This document shows, piece after piece, positions 51,006 through 64,000 of a stretch of DNA of 64,000 nt. Positions within the stretch are counted from its first letter, which is position 1; every line of letters begins with the position of its first letter. The notes under the pieces are model-generated. The model was not told the origin of the DNA and did no database searches. It worked only from the letters and a program-made list of their open reading frames with translations. Source of the DNA: Candidatus Hodarchaeaceae archaeon (GTDB lineage Archaea > Hadarchaeota > Hadarchaeia > Hadarchaeales > Hadarchaeaceae). The position numbers and the translations under genes are program-made. The stretch spans positions 32,001 to 96,000 of the forward strand of contig JASEGJ010000001.1 in the NCBI GenBank assembly GCA_030018135.1, in the 5' to 3' direction.

Positions 51006-51911
51006 ATGGTGAAGTTCGAAAATATTACCTTTAGGACCGCGGACGGAAAAGCCTATCACTTGGAAATCGACCGCATCAACCCCAACATTCTGACGGCTGG
51101 CTCGCCCGGCCGCATACTCAAGATGGTTGAGTACCTGAAGGATGCCGAGATAATCGAAGGCGACCGAAAGATGACGGTCGTGCACGGCAAATATCAAGGA
51201 CTGCCGGTCTCGGCGTTTGCAACGGGCATGGGGCCGGCCAGCACCGCCGTGGTCCTGCCGGAGGCCCTCGAGGTGGCTGAGGGGCCGATCACCATGTTGC
51301 GCCTCGGCACCTCCGGCAGCCTGCAGCCATTCGTTAAAGTCGGACATATGGTAATAAGCTCGGGCGTCGTCAGGGATGAGATGGCTACCAGAGCGGCGGT
51401 TGGGCCGGAATATCCAGCTGTTGCCGATCCGGCGCTCGTGCCCATAATGGCGGCGGCGGCGGAAAAACACGGCTACAGGCTGGGCGAAAAATTGTGGGTG
51501 GGGATAATCCACGCTAAGGACGACCTATACTTCGTGGAGACGCCGCAGTTCTCACCCTCGACTGAACTCATGACCGCCAAGCTAGCGTCCTACAGGCGGA
51601 TGGGCGTGCTCGCGAGCGAGATGGAGTTCTCGGTGTACTGCATCATGCGCGACTTCTATGAGGGGCGCAGGGACGACCGAGTAATGGTCGGCAATCTTTT
51701 GGCGGTGATAGCGTCCGCTCCCGAGGTTGAAGCGATAACCGTCAGCAAGGAGGACAAAAAGAGGATGGAGCACGATATGATTAAGATCGGCTTGGACACG
51801 CTGCTGTTGGTCAACCGACTCAGAGAGGGAAAAAGCGTAGATATCGACATCGATCAAGTTGTCAGAGGGATGATGCTCGTGCCGCCGCGGGGCAAGCTCC
51901 TCCGATCGTGA
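51006..51911 (+). CDS. nucleoside phosphorylase (uridine phosphorylase-like, divergent)
   Basis: YHL, GSPGR, TGMGPAS, RLGTSG, SEME. Confidence 0.85.
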   Translation: MVKFENITFRTADGKAYHLEIDRINPNILTAGSPGRILKMVEYLKDAEIIEGDRKMTVVHGKYQGLPVSAFATGMGPASTAVVLPEALEVAEGPITMLRLGTSGSLQPFVKVGHMVISSGVVRDEMATRAAVGPEYPAVADPALVPIMAAAAEKHGYRLGEKLWVGIIHAKDDLYFVETPQFSPSTELMTAKLASYRRMGVLASEMEFSVYCIMRDFYEGRRDDRVMVGNLLAVIASAPEVEAITVSKEDKKRMEHDMIKIGLDTLLLVNRLREGKSVDIDIDQVVRGMMLVPPRGKLLRS

Positions 51912-52018
51912 AATAATGAAAAACCTATCCGCTCGAACCTGCAAAAATCGTGATCATTGCACTTGTTGATCCTACATCCGATTTCACCCTCTGCATAAAA
52001 GTCTTGATTCCTAAAAAG

Positions 52019-52103
52019 CGCCGGGGCTGGGATTCGAACCCAGGAGGCCCGAAGGGCCATCGGATCTCAAATCCGACGCCTTACCTGGCTTGGCTACCCC
52101 GGC
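52019..52103 (-). tRNA. tRNA-Ser(TGA)
   Basis: GCCGGGG acceptor, TCGGA-TTTGAGA-TCCGA anticodon arm, long variable arm; no encoded CCA. Confidence 0.95.
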
Positions 52104-52136
52104 ATTAGAAGTATCCACGAGAAAGTAAAAAAGAGG

Positions 52137-52445
52137 TTAGGTCTTGAGTTCGATTTCGATGCTGACTTCCTCGGGCACCTGAACGCGCATGATCTGTCGC
52201 ATCGCCCGCTCGTCCGCCTCCATATCGATTAGGCGCTTGTGAACCCGCAGCTCCCACTTGTCCCAGGTGATCGTACCCTCGCCATCAGGTGCCTTCTTGG
52301 TGGGGATGACTATCCGCCTCGTCGGAAGCGGCACTGGGCCCGACTTTTTGACGCCCGTTCGCTCGGCGATCGCGACTATCTGCTTGCATACCTCGTCGAG
52401 CTTCTTCGGGTCGGTGCTGGACAGACGTATTCTCGCCTTTTGCAA
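52137..52445 (-). CDS. rps10: 30S ribosomal protein S10
   Basis: [25 protein letters not shown]. Confidence 0.97.
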   Translation of the reverse strand: MQKARIRLSSTDPKKLDEVCKQIVAIAERTGVKKSGPVPLPTRRIVIPTKKAPDGEGTITWDKWELRVHKRLIDMEADERAMRQIMRVQVPEEVSIEIELKT

Positions 52446-52499
52446 GCTGGTCCCAACTATATCTAGGGTTAGTAGTTAGAATAAAAGATTTCAGCTAGC

Positions 52500-53762
52500 C
52501 TATTTCGCGGGCGTTAAGTCTATGCAAACGCCAGCCGCGATGGTCATGCCCATGTCGCGTATCGCAAAGCGGCTTAGCTGCGGGATTTCGGCCGCCCTTT
52601 CTATCACCATGGGCTTGGTCGGCGTAACCTTGATCGTCGCCATGTCGCCGCGCTTTATGAACTCCGGTTTCTCCTCCAGCACAGCGCCCGTCTTGGGATC
52701 GAGCTTCTGTGTTATCTCGCTTATGGTGCACGCCACCTGCGCCGTGTGCGCATGGAAGACCGGCGTGTAACCCGCGGCCACAACGGTCGGATGCTGCAGA
52801 ACCGCGATTCTTGCCGTGAACTCCTTAACCACAGTTGGGGGCGCCTTTGGGTGCCCGGCGACATCGCCGCGCCTTATCGCCGCCCTATCTATGCCCCTCA
52901 CGTTGAAGCCGATATTGTCGCCCGGAACTGCCTGCGGTATGGTCTCATGGTGCATCTCTATCGACTTGACCTCGCCGCTTACGCCCGCTGGCTCGAAGAC
53001 CACGGTCTCGCCTGCCTTCAGCACGCCCGTTTCAACCCTGCCGACCGGCACCGTGCCAACGCCCGTGATCGAATATACATCTTGCACTGGTATCCTCAGT
53101 GGCTTGTCCATCGGTTTCTCGGGCACGACGAAGCTATCCAGCGATGAAAAGAAAACCTGCCCTGTGTACCACTTCATCTTTTCGCTGGGCTTGACGACGT
53201 TTTCGCCGTGAAATGCTGAGGCTGGCACGAATACGAACTTTTCCGGGTTTCTGTAGCCTATCCCCCTAAGGAGGTCTATTACCTCTCCCTTGAGCTTCTC
53301 AAATACGTCCTGCTTGTACCCGACTAGATCCATCTTGTTTATGGTCACGACGAGCTGCCCGACGCCGAGCGTGAAGGCAAGCGCGGCATGCTCTCGGGTT
53401 TGAGGCATTATGCCGTCGTCCGCCGCAACGACGAGCACGGCGGCGTCCGCCTGGCTGGCGCCTGTGATCATGTTCTTGACGAAGTCCCTGTGGCCGGGAG
53501 CATCGATGACGGTGAAATAGTACTTATCGGTTTCAAACTTTCGGTGGGCGAGATCGATCGTCAATCCGCGCTCTCGCTCCTCCTTAAGGGAGTCCATCAC
53601 CCAGGCAAACTTGAAGGTTTTACCTTTATCACCCATTTCCTCGAATTTTTTGATCACGGATTCCTCAACTAGGCCCTTCTCAAAGAACATGCGACCCAGC
53701 AGGGTGGACTTACCGTGATCCACATGTCCAATTACCACGAGGTTCATATGCGGCTTCGCCAT
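52500..53762 (-). CDS. tuf: elongation factor 1-alpha
   Basis: [28 protein letters not shown]. Confidence 0.98.
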   Translation of the reverse strand: MAKPHMNLVVIGHVDHGKSTLLGRMFFEKGLVEESVIKKFEEMGDKGKTFKFAWVMDSLKEERERGLTIDLAHRKFETDKYYFTVIDAPGHRDFVKNMITGASQADAAVLVVAADDGIMPQTREHAALAFTLGVGQLVVTINKMDLVGYKQDVFEKLKGEVIDLLRGIGYRNPEKFVFVPASAFHGENVVKPSEKMKWYTGQVFFSSLDSFVVPEKPMDKPLRIPVQDVYSITGVGTVPVGRVETGVLKAGETVVFEPAGVSGEVKSIEMHHETIPQAVPGDNIGFNVRGIDRAAIRRGDVAGHPKAPPTVVKEFTARIAVLQHPTVVAAGYTPVFHAHTAQVACTISEITQKLDPKTGAVLEEKPEFIKRGDMATIKVTPTKPMVIERAAEIPQLSRFAIRDMGMTIAAGVCIDLTPAK

Positions 53763-53823
53763 AATTATCTCCCCCATTAGATTATTCAATATAACTCAAT
53801 AGTCCTATTAAAAAGCATTTCGA

Positions 53824-54429
53824 TTATCTGGCGCCCTTCGCTATTCGCTCGGTTTCTTCCTTCCTCGCTATCGCAAAACTTTTCATGTCGTAGTTAGCGG
53901 CCATTATCAATTCCTCCGCAAGGCATTCCTCGATCGGCTTTTCGCTGTTGAATGATGCCGCAAATGCCCCCGCTGCCAAATTTTTGAGCGCCACATCGAG
54001 CCTCCTCTGGGGGGCGGAATCCACAGCAACGTGATAGGTGATCCCGCCGTAGCTTATCCTAGTTGTTTCCTCCCGCGGGGCGGTATTTTGTATCGCATCG
54101 ACCAAAACTTGAATTGGATTCTTCTTCGCTCGCTGCTCGACAATTTCAAGGGCCTTGCGCACTATGTCGTGGGCCTTGTGTTTCTTGCCGCATGCCCCAG
54201 CCCCGCGGATGAATTTGCCTCCCAGTTTTCTGACGCCTGGACCAGAGCGCATCACTTTATTTATCAACCGCTCGACGATTGGGATCTCGGCCTTACCAAA
54301 TTGCTTGTCCGCATGTCTTCCGCCAGCATGTAGAACTAAACTGGGTTGTAGACGAATATATCGCCCAAGTCCTCGGTCTTTTATCACGATATCATCCACT
54401 CGCCACTTTCCAAAATATTTAAGCTCCAT
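53824..54429 (-). CDS. rps7: 30S ribosomal protein S7
   Basis: IVERLIN, PREETTRI, ERIAKGAR. Confidence 0.96.
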   Translation of the reverse strand: MELKYFGKWRVDDIVIKDRGLGRYIRLQPSLVLHAGGRHADKQFGKAEIPIVERLINKVMRSGPGVRKLGGKFIRGAGACGKKHKAHDIVRKALEIVEQRAKKNPIQVLVDAIQNTAPREETTRISYGGITYHVAVDSAPQRRLDVALKNLAAGAFAASFNSEKPIEECLAEELIMAANYDMKSFAIARKEETERIAKGAR

Positions 54430-54433
54430 GCCA

Positions 54434-54871
54434 TCACCGAGTCGGCTTCTCCTTGCGGCCCTTGACCAATTCCTTCAGCGAGACGCCATTTACTTTTACC
54501 ACCTTGTATCGCACGCCGGGGATGTCCCCCTTTGCCCCTCCCTTCGCGCCCCCGATGCCCTCGACGACGACCTCATCGTGCTCGTCAATGAAACTGATCG
54601 CGCCATCCCCAGGGGCGAAAGCTGTGACCTGTCTCCCATTTTTGATGATTTGGACCCTCACGCATTTTCTAATCGCGGAGTTCGGTTGCTTTGCCTCGAC
54701 CCCCACTTTCTCGAGAACGATGCCTCTGCCCTGCGGGGCCCCCTCCAAGGGGTCTGCCTTCTCGTCCAAGCGCAACACTCGGCGCTTGTAATCGGCATCC
54801 TTCCACCTGAACCTCTGCCGCCTGTGGCTTATTTTCCGAGCCGCAAACTCGCCCCTAGAACCCTTGCTCAT
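54434..54871 (-). CDS. rps12: 30S ribosomal protein S12
   Basis: [22 protein letters not shown]. Confidence 0.97.
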   Translation of the reverse strand: MSKGSRGEFAARKISHRRQRFRWKDADYKRRVLRLDEKADPLEGAPQGRGIVLEKVGVEAKQPNSAIRKCVRVQIIKNGRQVTAFAPGDGAISFIDEHDEVVVEGIGGAKGGAKGDIPGVRYKVVKVNGVSLKELVKGRKEKPTR

Positions 54872-54918
54872 TTTACCACCAAGTCTTAGATAGCACTTAA
54901 CCTTGAAACCTTAAAAGC

Positions 54919-55347
54919 TCACGTTAGAAAAACATCCTGAATTCCGTGATGGCGGAGGGCAAGCATCTTTGCGCGCTGGATGTTCCTGCCGCCGCGACCG
55001 ACCGCCAATCCTTTGTCTTTAGCCTCAACTTCTACAAATGCCAACTTCTTGCCCTCGCGCTCCACGATGCTGACCCCACTGATCTTTGCTGGAGCAAGAG
55101 CGTTTTTTATTAACTCTGCTGGATCATCCGAATATTCGACGACCTCAATGCTTTTGCCCAGTACCCGCTTGGCCTTTTGAACCCTGCTTCCTCCCTTGCC
55201 TATCGCCAGCCCTATGTCGCCCTGGTTCACTACAAGGATAAGCTTGCCCTCTTTTTCGAAAACCAAACAATCGCGCACGGTCGCACCAGTTAAGCTCTCA
55301 AACAACGCGATGTAGCGCATTTCATCCGCGCCGAGCTTGAAGCCCAT
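54919..55347 (-). CDS. nusA: archaeal NusA
   Basis: YIALFESLTG, GLAIGKGG, AVGRGGRN KH motifs. Confidence 0.95.
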   Translation of the reverse strand: MGFKLGADEMRYIALFESLTGATVRDCLVFEKEGKLILVVNQGDIGLAIGKGGSRVQKAKRVLGKSIEVVEYSDDPAELIKNALAPAKISGVSIVEREGKKLAFVEVEAKDKGLAVGRGGRNIQRAKMLALRHHGIQDVFLT

Positions 55348-59463
<4,116 letters not shown>

Positions 59464-62400
59464 CTACGCCCTATCCCTCAGCCGCAAACGCGGTGACATG
59501 CACATCGACCGCAACTCGTCGATTAGCAATTTGAACGCATACGACATCTCCACGCCATATATCTCCGAGTCCTCATCGCACACCGGACAATAAACCCGAT
59601 CGCGGCGCTTATCGTGGACCGCAAAGTTACCGCATTTTCCACACACCAAGCCAGTGTACTTATCAGACCCCTCTAGAAGGCGCTCTTTTAACAGCATCGC
59701 TGCGCCGTGTCCGATCAAACAATCGCGCTCCATCTCACCGAAACGCAGGCCGCCCTCACGGGCACGGCCCTCGGTCGGCTGATGCGTCAGGACCTGCATC
59801 GGTCCACGCGAACGAGCATGGAGCTTATCGGCCGCCATGTGATGTAGTTTTTGATAGTAACAAACACCGATAAAAATGTCAACCGTGATCAGCTCACCGG
59901 TTACGCCGCTATACATGACTTCCTTGCCCGTGTGTTTGAAACCGTGTTTTTGTAACATTTCACGCAGCTGCTCTTCATGCGTGCCCTCAAAAGTTGTGCC
60001 ATCTATTCTCCGCCCAGCCATGGCGCCGACCTTGCCAGCTATCATCTCCAGCAACTGTCCAACTGACATGCGCGAAGGTATCGCATGTGGATTTATGATA
60101 AGGTCGGGTACTATCCCGTCCTCGGTAAACGGCATATCCGCTCCATCGAGCACGATGCCTATCACCCCCTTTTGACCGTGCCTAGATGCAAACTTGTCGC
60201 CCACCTCTGGGACGCGCATATCGCGGACGCGGACGCGCGCGAGCTTGTTTCCGTCCACGGTCTCGCTCATGAGCACCATGTCGACAATGCCCTCCTCGCT
60301 CGGCCTAACCCTTATAGAACTTTCACGGCGCCCGTGCTCAACCGCGATGCCGAACTCATCCACCTCTTCGAGGAATCTTGGGGGGCTCGTCCTTCCGATC
60401 AAAACGTCCTCTCCGCGGACCTCGGACTCAACCTCAATTATGCCGTCCTCGCCTAGGTTGCGATACAGGCTTGCATCTGCATAACCCCTGATCTCTTCGC
60501 TAGGGATCTCAAATTTGTCCTCTTGCCCGCCTGGGTAGCGACCTTCCTCCGCCTCGTAAAGCCTGAAGAATGTCGAGCGGCCTAGACCGCGGTCGATCGA
60601 ATTCCTGTTGATTATCAATGCATCCTCCATATTGTAGCCGCCGTACGACATAATCGCAACTACCAAATTTTGTCCAGCTGGCCTACGATCGAATCCTACT
60701 TTATCCATGATCTTTGTCCGGACCAAGGAGGTTTGTGGGTAGTGTAGAAAATGAGCGCGGGTATCGACGCGTTTCTGAAAATTCGTGGACGTCAAGCCAA
60801 GCGCCTGCTTCGCCATGTTGGCACCGTAGGTGTTGCGCGGCGACTGATTATTCTCCGCATACGGAATCAACGCTGCACTTACCCCGAGGATCGCGAGCGG
60901 GTTGAGTTCTAGGTGAGTATGCTCGGGCGTTAAGGTCTTCGGCGAAACTGCGATGTATGAATTTTCTTCCTCCTCTGCGTCGAGGTACTCAATTATCCCG
61001 CCACTAATCAAATCCGACCATGTGAGTTCGCCAGCCTTGACCTTTTCTATATGCTCCGGTGTCAAGAGCGGCTTTCCGCCCGCCACTACGATCAAAGGCC
61101 TGCGAACACGGCCGGAGTCGGTGTTGATCACCACTTCATTTGTGTCCTCCTTATAGGCGATGTTCACCTGCTCATCAATGCTGCCCTTGCGCCGGTACTG
61201 CCTCAGCTCTGCTGCTAATACTTGTCCGTTTTCCGTCACCCCGATCAGACGTCCATTGATGTAAACGCTGACCTTGCCTCGGCGCTCGCTTCCTTTCTGC
61301 ACCTTCATAACGCCTAGCTTGTACAAAATGCGTTCAACCTTCTCCTCGTCCGTACCAGTTGATATCCCCGCAAGCAGGGCGAGATTTTTTACCAACCCGC
61401 AGTTCGGACCTTCTGGGGTCTCACACGGACAAATTTTGCCCCAGTGGGTCGGGTGCAGGTCGCGGGCCTCGAAATGCGGTTGACTGCGGCTTAGCGGCGA
61501 TACCACGCGACGCAGGTGTGATATGGTGGCGATGTAATTCGTGCGGTCCAGCAGTTGACTAACTCCAGTCCGTCCGCCCGGCCAATTGCCAGTAGCCAAT
61601 GCGTGCCTGATCCGCTCCGTGAGTACATCGGCTCGTGCTGCGGTTTTTATATTGGGCTCCCGGCCGCGCGCGTTAGCGCGCTCAAGCTGATACTTGATAT
61701 CGCGGGTTAGGTTGATGAAAGCCAATCTAAACACATTCTCAAGCAAATCGCCGGCCAGCTTCAAGCGCTTGTTGGCATAGTGGTCTTTATCGTCAACACT
61801 GCGCCGCCCCAACGCTAATTCAATTACCCGCTCCGCCATGCGGCCGAGGTAATGGGCCTTGTAAACGCGATCGGCTGGGCGTGAACCGATGTGCGGGAGT
61901 AGATATCTATCCAGAACCTCTTGGGCGCGGTGTAGCCGGTACTCCTTAGTCTGCCCAATCGCAACCCTTCGGCCAATCAGATCAAGCGCCTCTTCCCTCG
62001 ACTTTACCTCTACCGCCTCCTGCAAATTTTCAAAGAGTTCTTTGGCGATTTCAGGGTCGTCTGAAACCGCATCAACTATTTCGCGATCGCTCTCGAGCCC
62101 GAGCGCGCGCATTAACACCACAAATGGTACATGACCCGGCAGGGCGGGGAAGGAGACGCGTAACAGGCCATCCTTCTTGCGCTCAACGATAACCAGTGCT
62201 CGAAACCCGTGATGGGTTGAGAATACCTTTGCCACCTCGGTTGCCGTGCGTTCATCGCGTTCTACCAAAATCAGGTTTGATGCCAAGTCCTCCTGCGTGA
62301 CGATCACGCGCTCAGAGCCGTTGACTATAAAATAGCCGCCAGGGTCGAGCGGATCCTCACCAGCTGCGATCAACTCCTCCTCGCTCATCTTGCTCAACGC

Positions 62401-62775
62401 GCAGAGCTTCGACTTCAACATCACGGGCATCTCGCCGATATTAACATCAGCTGGCTCGCGCTCGTGTCCCTTGACGACGGGAATCATTTCCAAGTAAATT
62501 GGCGCGGAATACGAAAGATTGCGTAGCCTCGCCTCGTTCGGCAATATTTGCGGGCGTGAACCATCCGCCTCTTTGACCCTTGGTTTTTCGAGCCTTATCC
62601 TGCCAAACTTGATGTAAAGCCCTTCTATCTCAAGCTCGATGCCTCCGGCCTCATCGATTATTTGTTGGAGTTTGTGCTCGATGAAATCATTATATGAATC
62701 CAAGTGTTGTCTCACGAGCCCCTTTTCCTTGAAGAAAGCTTCAAGCAGGGGCCATGTATCCCACGTTGCTTGCAA
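59464..62775 (-). CDS. rpoB: RNA polymerase subunit B (unsplit Rpo2)
   Basis: [32 protein letters not shown]. Confidence 0.98.
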   Translation of the reverse strand: MQATWDTWPLLEAFFKEKGLVRQHLDSYNDFIEHKLQQIIDEAGGIELEIEGLYIKFGRIRLEKPRVKEADGSRPQILPNEARLRNLSYSAPIYLEMIPVVKGHEREPADVNIGEMPVMLKSKLCALSKMSEEELIAAGEDPLDPGGYFIVNGSERVIVTQEDLASNLILVERDERTATEVAKVFSTHHGFRALVIVERKKDGLLRVSFPALPGHVPFVVLMRALGLESDREIVDAVSDDPEIAKELFENLQEAVEVKSREEALDLIGRRVAIGQTKEYRLHRAQEVLDRYLLPHIGSRPADRVYKAHYLGRMAERVIELALGRRSVDDKDHYANKRLKLAGDLLENVFRLAFINLTRDIKYQLERANARGREPNIKTAARADVLTERIRHALATGNWPGGRTGVSQLLDRTNYIATISHLRRVVSPLSRSQPHFEARDLHPTHWGKICPCETPEGPNCGLVKNLALLAGISTGTDEEKVERILYKLGVMKVQKGSERRGKVSVYINGRLIGVTENGQVLAAELRQYRRKGSIDEQVNIAYKEDTNEVVINTDSGRVRRPLIVVAGGKPLLTPEHIEKVKAGELTWSDLISGGIIEYLDAEEEENSYIAVSPKTLTPEHTHLELNPLAILGVSAALIPYAENNQSPRNTYGANMAKQALGLTSTNFQKRVDTRAHFLHYPQTSLVRTKIMDKVGFDRRPAGQNLVVAIMSYGGYNMEDALIINRNSIDRGLGRSTFFRLYEAEEGRYPGGQEDKFEIPSEEIRGYADASLYRNLGEDGIIEVESEVRGEDVLIGRTSPPRFLEEVDEFGIAVEHGRRESSIRVRPSEEGIVDMVLMSETVDGNKLARVRVRDMRVPEVGDKFASRHGQKGVIGIVLDGADMPFTEDGIVPDLIINPHAIPSRMSVGQLLEMIAGKVGAMAGRRIDGTTFEGTHEEQLREMLQKHGFKHTGKEVMYSGVTGELITVDIFIGVCYYQKLHHMAADKLHARSRGPMQVLTHQPTEGRAREGGLRFGEMERDCLIGHGAAMLLKERLLEGSDKYTGLVCGKCGNFAVHDKRRDRVYCPVCDEDSEIYGVEMSYAFKLLIDELRSMCMSPRLRLRDRA

Positions 62776-62785
62776 TTTATCCCCC

Positions 62786-63025
62786 CTACCCTTCCGTTAC
62801 GTATCTGTAAATTATGGCCTTTCCGGCGGTTAAGCTATCGCGCGTGATTTTAACGATATCCCCTAGCTTGGCTCCGATGGCCTTAGCTACCGGATCTGAT
62901 GCCTTGACCAATGGAAGTTGATGGGGCGAGACCCTAAACTTTTCGAGGATCTCACGCGCTTTCTCGGGCGGCATCACTTCATGTTTCGGCACGAGCACAT
63001 GCCTTCTTACGTCGAACTCTACCAT
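62786..63025 (-). CDS. rpoH: RNA polymerase subunit H (Rpo5)
   Basis: [19 protein letters not shown]. Confidence 0.96.
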   Translation of the reverse strand: MVEFDVRRHVLVPKHEVMPPEKAREILEKFRVSPHQLPLVKASDPVAKAIGAKLGDIVKITRDSLTAGKAIIYRYVTEG

Positions 63026-63062
63026 CCCGCTCCCCCAATAGTGACAACCACGTCCTCCGCAA

Positions 63063-63137
63063 CGGGCCCGGAGGGATTCGAACCCTCGACTCCCGGCTTA
63101 AAAGGCCGGTGCGCTAGCCAGACTGCGCCACGGGCCC
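63063..63137 (-). tRNA. tRNA-Lys(TTT)
   Basis: GGGCCCG acceptor, CCGGC-CTTTTAA-GCCGG anticodon arm. Confidence 0.96.
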
Positions 63138-63238
63138 CACATAGGTAGGAAATGGCTGAAAACTTTTTGTATTTATTTTTTTCGTCATTTTAAATTCATC
63201 ACCCCCTGATTTAAGGCTTTCGAGTTTTAAAAAGGAGG

Positions 63239-63339
63239 CGCCCCGGGCGGGATTTGAACCCGCGTCGCCGGCTCGACAGGCCGACATGATTGGCCTTCGG
63301 GCTCAAAGCTCGAATTAGACCCGACTACACTACCGGGGC
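63239..63339 (-). tRNA. tRNA-Asp(GTC) with a 26-nt D-arm intron at 21/22 (63290-63315)
   Basis: TCGGC-CTGTCGA-GCCGG anticodon arm; BHB: GGTC/GGCC helix, bulges TA|A and AA|T, intron stem TTCGAGCT/AGCCCGAA. Confidence 0.9.
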
Positions 63340-63399
63340 ACCGAGTTATTTCTCACCACGGTAGTTATCTGTTTTCCCCCTTTAACTTGACGGCTTCGG

Positions 63400-64000
63400 T
63401 CACCCAAAAACCTTTAGAATATTCGGGTCGGTAAGGTCCTCGAACAGGTGGTCGGGCTTGTGTTTCATCAATTCCTCCTTTGAGTGAAAGCCCGTCGCCA
63501 CCGCGATGGTCATGGCATCATGGGGCTTGCCGCACTCGATATCGTGAGTTGAATCTCCCACTATCACCAAATCCTTCGCTAGAAACTCCCTGCCGAATCT
63601 ATATTTTGCCTCCGCCATCGCTTTTCCCACCAGCTCGGCCCTGTCCTTCGCCCCTGAGCCATAGACAAATAAATCAAAATATCCCTCAAGCCCACTTCCC
63701 CTCAAGATGCCCTGCGTTATCCCCTCCGTATTCCCCGTCAATACGCCCAAGCGATGGCCTCTCTTCTTGAGGTTTGCCAGCAGCTCCCTCACGCCCGGCA
63801 GAACCTTCACTTTCCCCTCTGCGGCGGATTCTTGGAAAAAGGCCTCCAATTTCCTTACGGCGTCTGCCAATTTCCGTTTTACCTCCTTTTTGGGAATCCC
63901 TTTGAGCCCCGCTATTTCCTCAATTATGTTTGGGGTTATCTTTCCCCAAAATTCTATGTCGGTCAGCTTGGCGTTTACGCCGAATACCTCCCCGAACATC
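63400..64000 (-). CDS. HAD family hydrolase (N-terminus outside the window)
   Basis: LPGVRELL, LTGN, IVGDSTHDIECG, AVATG. Confidence 0.85.
   Translation of the reverse strand, partial: MFGEVFGVNAKLTDIEFWGKITPNIIEEIAGLKGIPKKEVKRKLADAVRKLEAFFQESAAEGKVKVLPGVRELLANLKKRGHRLGVLTGNTEGITQGILRGSGLEGYFDLFVYGSGAKDRAELVGKAMAEAKYRFGREFLAKDLVIVGDSTHDIECGKPHDAMTIAVATGFHSKEELMKHKPDHLFEDLTDPNILKVFG

Noticed and set aside
54180-54250. Apparent insertion in S7 (SGPGVRKLGGKFIRGAGA)
   Set aside because: It is in frame with no hairpin, and similar variable segments occur in other archaeal S7 proteins.

Overview
This is archaeal chromosomal DNA; an unsplit rpoB, form III RuBisCO and the gene order suggest a Hadarchaeota-like lineage (inference). 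Most of the window is the minus-strand transcription/translation super-cluster: rpoH-B-A1-A2, L30e, nusA, S12, S7, EF-1a, S10; L3 to L15, secY, adk, cmk, cbf5; S13-S4-S11-rpoD; L18e-L13-S9-rpoN; eno-S2-MEMO-ipk-fni-rnj-idsA. There are six tRNA genes, three with bulge-helix-bulge (BHB) introns. Accessory blocks include a nucleoside uptake/catabolism island, RuBisCO, a GpgS-like synthase plus phosphatase, and decayed PadR/ABC and methyltransferase genes. The standout is rtcB, the tRNA-splicing ligase. Its frame is broken by a 29-nt hairpin insert (38851-38879) that folds as a BHB-type intron, and cutting at the standard bulge positions restores the conserved PDGHQGY-GFPIGG motif exactly. RtcB would therefore be needed to splice its own mRNA. 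The gene also carries a 463-aa LAGLIDADG intein at the catalytic Cys and lies next to two free-standing LAGLIDADG-like ORFs and archease. All calls come from reading the sequence; no searches were run.
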